From a virus, in the IMG/VR virus record IMGVR_UViG_3300042306_001104: DNA of 28,284 nucleotides; one strand, written 5' to 3'. The position numbers and the translations under genes were made by a program. Position 1 is the first letter of the stretch; each line of letters opens with the position of its first letter. A model generated the notes under the pieces. That model did not search any database and was not told the DNA's origin. It saw only the letters and a program-made list of their open reading frames with translations. Below are positions 21,801-28,284 of the stretch, piece after piece.

Positions 21801-23447
21801 ATTCCTGATGTTCAAGTTAGCGCAAATTATACCGGAGTCTATAAGAGTTATATAAATTCAGGTTGGTACAGTCAAAACAGTGAAGATCATTACATATTTT
21901 CTAATCCAGTTACAGAAGAATTTTCTACTCCTGGCTTTAATTTAAATTTATCTAACGTAGCTAGACAAGGTGCTCCAATTATAGTTGAGAGACTTATTGC
22001 TACTCCAACAATGCTATCAGAAGTAGCATTTTACAATGAGGCTACTCCAACTAGTGTTTCGCTCATTAATAACGAAATAGTAAAAGCTAATTTTACCAAT
22101 GATTTATACCTAGGTTACGAAGATGTTTACGACGTAAGTGTAGTAGATAGAGTTACCGGCTATGAGATGCTTCAAGCTGGATCCAGCTCTACAAGCAATG
22201 TATCTGTATTTAGCGATGCTACTCCAAAAGTTATCGATAGGGATTATTCAGTAACTTATAAAGTAAGAGATACCTACATCGTAGATAATGATTATTTTGA
22301 TCAACTAAATGAAAAATATGTAACTCATTTAGATTTTAGTTCCACTCCAAATTCATATTATAAATATAAAGTTACTTATGAAAATGCGATTGTAAGTCAT
22401 GCAACTCCTATATCTCTTGAAATAGATCCAATGAAACTTTGGGATACAGAAGGATTTGTATACTTAAGTCATAATGATTATGAATTTGCAGACTTTGATT
22501 TAACCTTAAGTCCATCGTATATTCTCGATAACTCAGATGAATACATGGCTCTAGTAGCTGTATCTATAGATGAAAATGGAAACCCAAAACCATATCAAAC
22601 TTTCAGTGTATCTTCTTTAAATCTTCAGTCTGAAAGTGCATATTACACGACTGACATAAACGGCTTTGCATCAGTTATACTTTCTTATTCTGGCACTATA
22701 CCAGCTAACTCAACATCAGATACTTTAACGGTTTTAGGTGTGGCTAATGGTTCTGCACAGGCTCATCCAAACTCCCAAACCCAAGGCTTCTCTGAAACAT
22801 TACAATATTCAATATCTTCAATATATGAAAAAGAAACTGAGCTAAAAGCTTTTCCTTTAAATAATGTTTTTTATGCTGATGGCCTTAGTAATAATTACAT
22901 TACCGGAGTTGTCAGGTCACCTTTTGGCGAACCTCAAGTAAATAAAGTAGTTTACTGGAGAAAAGGTAGGACATTAAAAGATGTATTTGATGCAACGCCG
23001 TATTCAAATTATGTAACGACTGATGAATATGGAATGTTTGAAGTGGGCCCAATTTTATCTATGGATAAATATAATCCTGGAATATGGATAACTGCTTTAG
23101 AAACTGAAAACGCAGCAACAGTAAACTATAATCCAAATACAGTAGCTGGAGACATAGTATATTGGTATGAAAAATATGATAACTTAAATTACAATTTTAA
23201 GGATGCTATATTATATAATCCAAATGTACTATATGAAGAAGTAGAGGACATGTATTCTACTCCGTCTTTTACCATCAATTATCATGATGGAAGCCATGCT
23301 CCTAAGTATAGTGCGACTCCAAATTGGATGCCACCAAAGTGGTATCCAATGTCAAGAAAAGAACAGCATGATATAGGTCTTCTTGGCTCAACTCCTTACC
23401 AAGTTGCAGATTACTATGGATTAATGAATGAATATGAGGAAGATTAA
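18830..23447 (+). CDS. Large tail/baseplate structural protein (~1538 aa), segments 18830..19258 + 19260..23447, +1 shift at CGGA (19259-19262)
   Basis: ORF 18830..19282 and the frame opening at 19251 overlap by 32 nt. The downstream frame encodes GAFTESLNQDNPTYTLTTYESDSTEGPWLKSSISEDVGTLFIKNAKRYVRFELEIVSFLNPEDVENYGFVLLVEVAVDNPISPVLSRTTKK... for ~87 codons before the first usable TTG (19512). Confidence 0.75.
19259..19262 (+). other. Putative +1 recoding site 5 (AAG CGG A|GC)
   Basis: In-frame CGG inside the 32-nt overlap 19251..19282. Confidence 0.75.
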
Positions 23448-23449
23448 AA

Positions 23450-26400
23450 ATGAAAAAGTTTACTGATGCAACAGATTCAGGAAAAGAACCAGCAGTAAAA
23501 GTTGGCAATTATGTTCCAAGAGACGCTATTAATTTAGGCTGGTATACTTCAAAAGAAGTGTCTCCTGAAAATAATATTTCAATAGTAGATCTTTCTTCTT
23601 TAACTCCAGAAAACTTAAATGAATCTAATTCATTTTCTAAAATAATGTTTGCCAATGAGCTTGGGATACTAGAGGATTCAGATGGAAATCCATTTGTTTC
23701 ATCAGATGACGTAAGTGTTAGTGACATATTGCTTAATGAGCAGTCCTTTTCTCAGAAATATGAAGAGTCAGATGTGGAACAAAAAATTTATGCACATAGT
23801 TATTATGTAAGTAAATTCTTTACACTAGTACAAGCAAAATCTTATTATGATGTTTCTATATCTTCTTTTTCAAATCCTGAATATATGCCAAAGTCCATAA
23901 AGGTATTAGACGAAAATGGAAATATTTATTCAGATCCTGTAACTGGAAAGTTAAAGTACAGGGTTTTAATAGAATCATTTTTAACACAAGAGAATGCTAC
24001 AAACAATGAAATTCCTCATAAAGTTATAATTCTTTTAGAAGACCCAAATCCAAAGAACTTAAAACTTTCATACGATAAAGTTGAAGTAGACGAGAATGGA
24101 TTCTGGTCAAAGCAAATACTTGGATACACTGAAACAATTAATGTTCTTCCAATCTTTAAAGAGATTCAAGAAGAAACAGAAGTTATTGACAGATCAAGAG
24201 TTGGAGAAAGGGTATTTTCTGTAAAAAGAAATACAAAAAAGAATTATATAAATAAAGATTACAGTGGTACAGATGATAATTATGTTTTTGTTAACAGAAA
24301 AGCTTTAGATGACAATAGAACATTTGAAATATTTAACTGGAGAATAATTGCAAAAATAAAAAACTCTGTTAATTTTTCTACTGCATTTAATGGAAACCGC
24401 TCAAACTTATCCGGTGTACTTACTAAAACAGTACAGGCAGGAGTTTTATATTCTAGTAGTAATGGAAAAGATCTATCTAAAATATCTCCATATGTATTGT
24501 CTAACCTAGAGAATTCTTCATTTAACTTATCTTCTTTTGAGATAATAAATCCAATCAGCACAATATCCGACAAGAGTCAAGCAGATTATTGGCTGGTTGA
24601 TATTGATACAATTCAAGAAGATGATCTATCTCAGTATGACTTTTTAGTAGGATCATTGCACTGGAAGATTACCGATAGTCAAGGAAAAAAGCTAAAAAAG
24701 TTTGTTGATAACGCTGGAACACTTTTATTAGATGTAATTAATGCGCCTCTAGATAGTTTAGCATTTTTAAATGAATCTCTTAAAGAAATAAAGATAGCTC
24801 CTGATATTACCATATCTTCAAGTCCATCTGGTTATAATTCAGAAAGTTTATTTTTAAAATCTTCAAAAAACAATGCTTTCAATATCAACGCTTCTGAATT
24901 TGCATCTAATTCTGGAATATACGGATCTGGACAGGCCGTTAATGGAAGTATAAAAAAATATAATTATTTTGATTTAAGTACAACTCCCGGAATTGAAAGT
25001 ATTTTAACAACAAGTTATGGAAAAATATTTGGAAATATAAGATTTACAAAAGAAACAGATAGATTATTATCTGGAAATATTGTTGTATCTACAACTGGAT
25101 TCTTAAAATATTGCAATGACATATACTCTGGGTCAACATTAGTTCCTACGTCAAATAATGGACCAGTCAACATAGGTAGTGGTTCGACTACAGTATTTTC
25201 TAATTTTGTTGAAGGACCGTATAAGTTTTTATATAACTGTATTTCAGTCGCATTAAATGACAGACTGGAGTCCACTAGGGAAAAGAGAGACTTAAGGTCA
25301 AGTGTACACGTTTTCTCATGTGCTTGGAACAATGACTGGGTGATTGACCCTGATGCAACTTATGATGAAGAAAAGCAAAAATACTTTAAACAAGTCGTTG
25401 TTGACAATGAACAAAAGTATGTAAGAGATATTTTACCTAACCCAAAATTAAGATACATCAAAGAATTGTCAAGCGTTAACTCTTCTGTTAATGATGTATT
25501 TTTAGATGAAAATGATTTAAATATAGAATTATATATTGAATATACAAATCCAAATATTTCATGGACGAATACATCACCAGTAACAGCAACAGAAAAATCT
25601 GAACTTTCATCAACATATGAGTTAGTTAAGATAAATAATAAAACTTCATCATGTGATGCATACACCGATATAGTATCAGAGAAGTTCTTTGTACCTTCTT
25701 CTTTTGGTCCATACGTTGTTAGAGATAAAGTAATACCTTCAAGAAAATCAGATTTAAAAGTACTTCCAATCATTCCTCCAAAATCACATCTAGTTGATTT
25801 TGAGATAGTCCATTCTTCTATCTCTGCAGAGGAAAAAGCTAAAGAATTAGATGCCAGTATACAGATAGAAGCCAATGTAAACTTTACACAAACGCAAAAA
25901 TTTACAATAGCTCAGCGGTGAGTGGGTAGTAAAACAATCTGCTTCTACTGTTACTACAGAAACACCAGTTGCGGGAAAAATGGCTCAGTATTTTCCCCCT
26001 GCATTTGAATCATCACAAGGCAGTAGTAGATATAGTAAAATAAGACCACTTCTTGGCGATGTATCAAATGTGTTTAATGCCTTTAAGTATACATATGACA
26101 TAGATAATGGAAATAGTTGGGATGAACTATTTGAAGGTAAAGGTAATCCAACATACATTAGGTATATACAATTAACATTATCGGCTGCTGGTAGTCAATT
26201 TGCAACTACAATAGATGGAAAATTTGGAAAAATTACCACTGCTAAGGTTAAAGCATTCCAGGCAGATAGAGGATTAAAGCAAGATGGAATTGTAGACTCT
26301 CAAACAAAAACCCGTCTAGCAAATGTTTGGATTGACATGAGCGAAGAGGTACGATCTGGATATTTAACAAGAATCAATAATAAGGTTTATGGAAGTGATA

Positions 26401-28284
26401 ATATTGATAGATATATCAGAGGTGCGATTAGATCCAGAAATGCAGTAGAGGGCTTACAGAGTAAAGAGGGTTTTAGACTAATTAACTTTACTGGAATATC
26501 AGACGCTAGCAGGGACCCAGATACCTTAAGGGTATGGATTGGTTTTAAGCTCCCAGATGACTCAATTGTAGACTATGTAGACTCCGTTGTTATAGCAGGG
26601 GGTAATTTTAGTACAGTAGCTACTGCAAAATCTCCTAATTATAAAGGCTTTAAAGTTATAGATGTAAATATAACAGATGACTATGTTTTTGATATTGGTC
26701 GCAATAATAACTATGGCGCACAGAATTTTTCTAAAAATCATACAATTAGTTTTGCAGAAGTAGACGGAAGAAGTATTAAAGGTAAATACATTTCCATACT
26801 TCTTGAAGGTTCAAAACTTGGTGGGGACTTTGGGCTAACTGCAGAAGGGATATATGTAGCTGACGTATATTGCAATTATAAAACAAAGTCGACAACAACT
26901 AAGACAACATCTCAAATACCAGCTGAATACCATTGGAAAGCAATAGATTCTATACAAACAATACCAGTTTCCGGTACAGTGTCTATGACAATTCCAAAAA
27001 CAAAAATTTCTTTTACACAACAAAATTTTTTAGTAGATGCACAGTTTATTAAACAAAATGCAAAACTAACTTCAATAACAGTCTATCAATTGGCTAATGA
27101 AACTTTTTCTAATAGTAAAATTACATATTCAGGATTAAACATTGACCTTAACAACATCAAGTTCAAGCCAAATAGTAATAGGGGTGAAGAAGTAGACATA
27201 GCAAACTTAAGGCAAGATTTTCCTATAGATATTACTACGGCAATAGTTCTCCCAGGTTCAGTAAAACAAAACGGAACTTCTGTACCAGTACCGGACTCAC
27301 ATGTAAATTTATCAAGAACCGGTAATAATATTACTCTTACTTGTAATGTTTCACAGTATACCAAAGGTGTAGTTCATAAGACTACTCAATCTATTAGTGA
27401 TTATTCTTTAACGGATCCAAAATTAAGCTCAATAAAACCAGGAAAAAATTTATTTAATTACTATGACGGCGTTAGTCTCCTATGCCAAGTTGTCAACAAT
27501 AAGGCAGTTCCAATTCCAATCAATCTTGCAACTGTATCTAATAATACTTCTAGCGACATAGATGTGTATTATTCAGACATAGAGATATCCAATAGGGTTC
27601 CACAAGAAGGTAAAGGTTTGCAATATGGATTTTACGATATCGCAAGTAAACAGTTCATCGGTAAAAAAATATCATACTTAAAGTTCATTAAAACTGGACC
27701 GCAGAATATATACATTGGCGTATATGCATTTGACTACGATGGCAACATAGGAACTCAGACAGAATTTACCGGTTCTTCAAACGGAGATTCATTTATTCCA
27801 GCAAACATACCAACTAAGATGGCCTATCCTGCTTATAATGTTAAAGTAAATAAAAAAAATAAAATACAAATTGTTAACATGCCTCCAAATTTACGAAAAA
27901 CAGAAGTATGGCCTTTATACTTAACTTCAGGATCTTTTTCTAGAGATGTTAATATTTCATTTAAAAAAGCTTCAGGATTTTTATCTCAGTATAATAATCA
28001 AAAACTAACTGCTATTTACGATACGTCAAGCATCAAAAACGTTGCCTGGTCAAGGGTTTTCGGTAGAGGTTATTATGATGTCATAGGAGAGACTCCAATA
28101 ATAAATGACTCTAGGTCAATTAAATTAAGAAGAACTCCTATAGTTACTGTTCAAGACGCTTCTTCTGACCTTTTTAGATTTGCTACTCAGTTTAAGAACA
28201 TAGTCAAGATATACACAAGGGAATCTGTATCGAGTCCATGGCAGCAAATCCCTGAAACTTCTATAAAAGATATAGATGCAGAGA
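23450..28284 (+). CDS. Large structural protein, 3' end beyond window, segments 23450..25915 + 25917..>28284, +1 shift at CGGT (25916-25919)
   Basis: ORF 23450..25921 ends ...KFTIAQR*; frame 0 is open from 25911 to the window end and has no ATG until 26337. The downstream ORF is missing from the supplied ORF track because it has no stop in the window. Confidence 0.75.
25916..25919 (+). other. Putative +1 recoding site 6 (CAG CGG T|GA)
   Basis: In-frame CGG inside the 11-nt overlap 25911..25921; next 0-frame codon is TGA. Confidence 0.75.
26155..26335 (+). other. Peptidoglycan-binding (PG_binding_1-like) domain
   Basis: IRYIQLTLSAAGSQFATTIDGKFGKITTAKVKAFQADRGLKQDGIVDSQTKTRLANVW matches the DG.FG..T..AVK.FQ...GL..DG.V...T...L pattern. 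Confidence 0.75.

Noticed and set aside
970-23447. Stop-codon reassignment (alternative genetic code as in Lak or some crAss-like phages)
   Set aside because: Kilobase ORFs end at TGA, TAA and TAG followed at once by new ATGs; the breaks are frame changes, not in-frame stops.
3021-25875. Minus-strand ORFs of 60-171 codons in the supplied track
   Set aside because: All lie opposite long convincing + strand CDSs, have low-complexity or Ser/Leu-rich antisense-like translations and no recognisable motifs.
8390-25921. Classical -1 slippery heptamer frameshifting
   Set aside because: All six junctions need +1 displacement and none has an X XXY YYZ heptamer at the required point.
1-28284. tRNA genes, CRISPR arrays, transposons or integrases
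   Set aside because: None seen: the window is essentially continuous coding, with no regularly spaced repeats and no recombinase motifs. A CGG-reading tRNA, if phage-encoded, must lie outside this window.

Overview
The window looks like one contiguous late/structural module of a large tailed phage (tail/baseplate genes, all on + strand, standard stop codons). Recognisable parts are a gp25/GPW-like baseplate wedge protein, a baseplate J-like protein, an OB-fold/gp5-like spike-type protein, a giant tail/baseplate-hub-like protein carrying an SNase-like domain, a dual cell-wall hydrolase (M15-like plus lytic-transglycosylase-like), a calcineurin-type metallophosphoesterase, and a last partial structural gene with a PG_binding_1-like motif. 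The most unusual signal is a consistent +1 reading-frame break at codon CGG. By manual scan, CGG occurs as an in-frame codon only six times in the whole window (8404, 13086, 13153, 15175, 19259, 25916). Each time it lies inside the short overlap where the upstream ORF is about to terminate and the downstream coding sequence is open in the +1 frame. Four sites are CGG-A, one is CGG-G and one is CGG-T; the codon before CGG differs at every site. CGG trinucleotides elsewhere straddle codon boundaries (e.g. GGC|GGA, TAC|GGA, TCG|G), while CGA, CGC and CGT are used as ordinary Arg codons. This suggests programmed, CGG-dependent +1 recoding (a quadruplet-decoding tRNA, or slippage at an unassigned or starved codon) required for full-length late structural proteins. 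A systematic one-base sequencing or assembly artefact must be excluded first.
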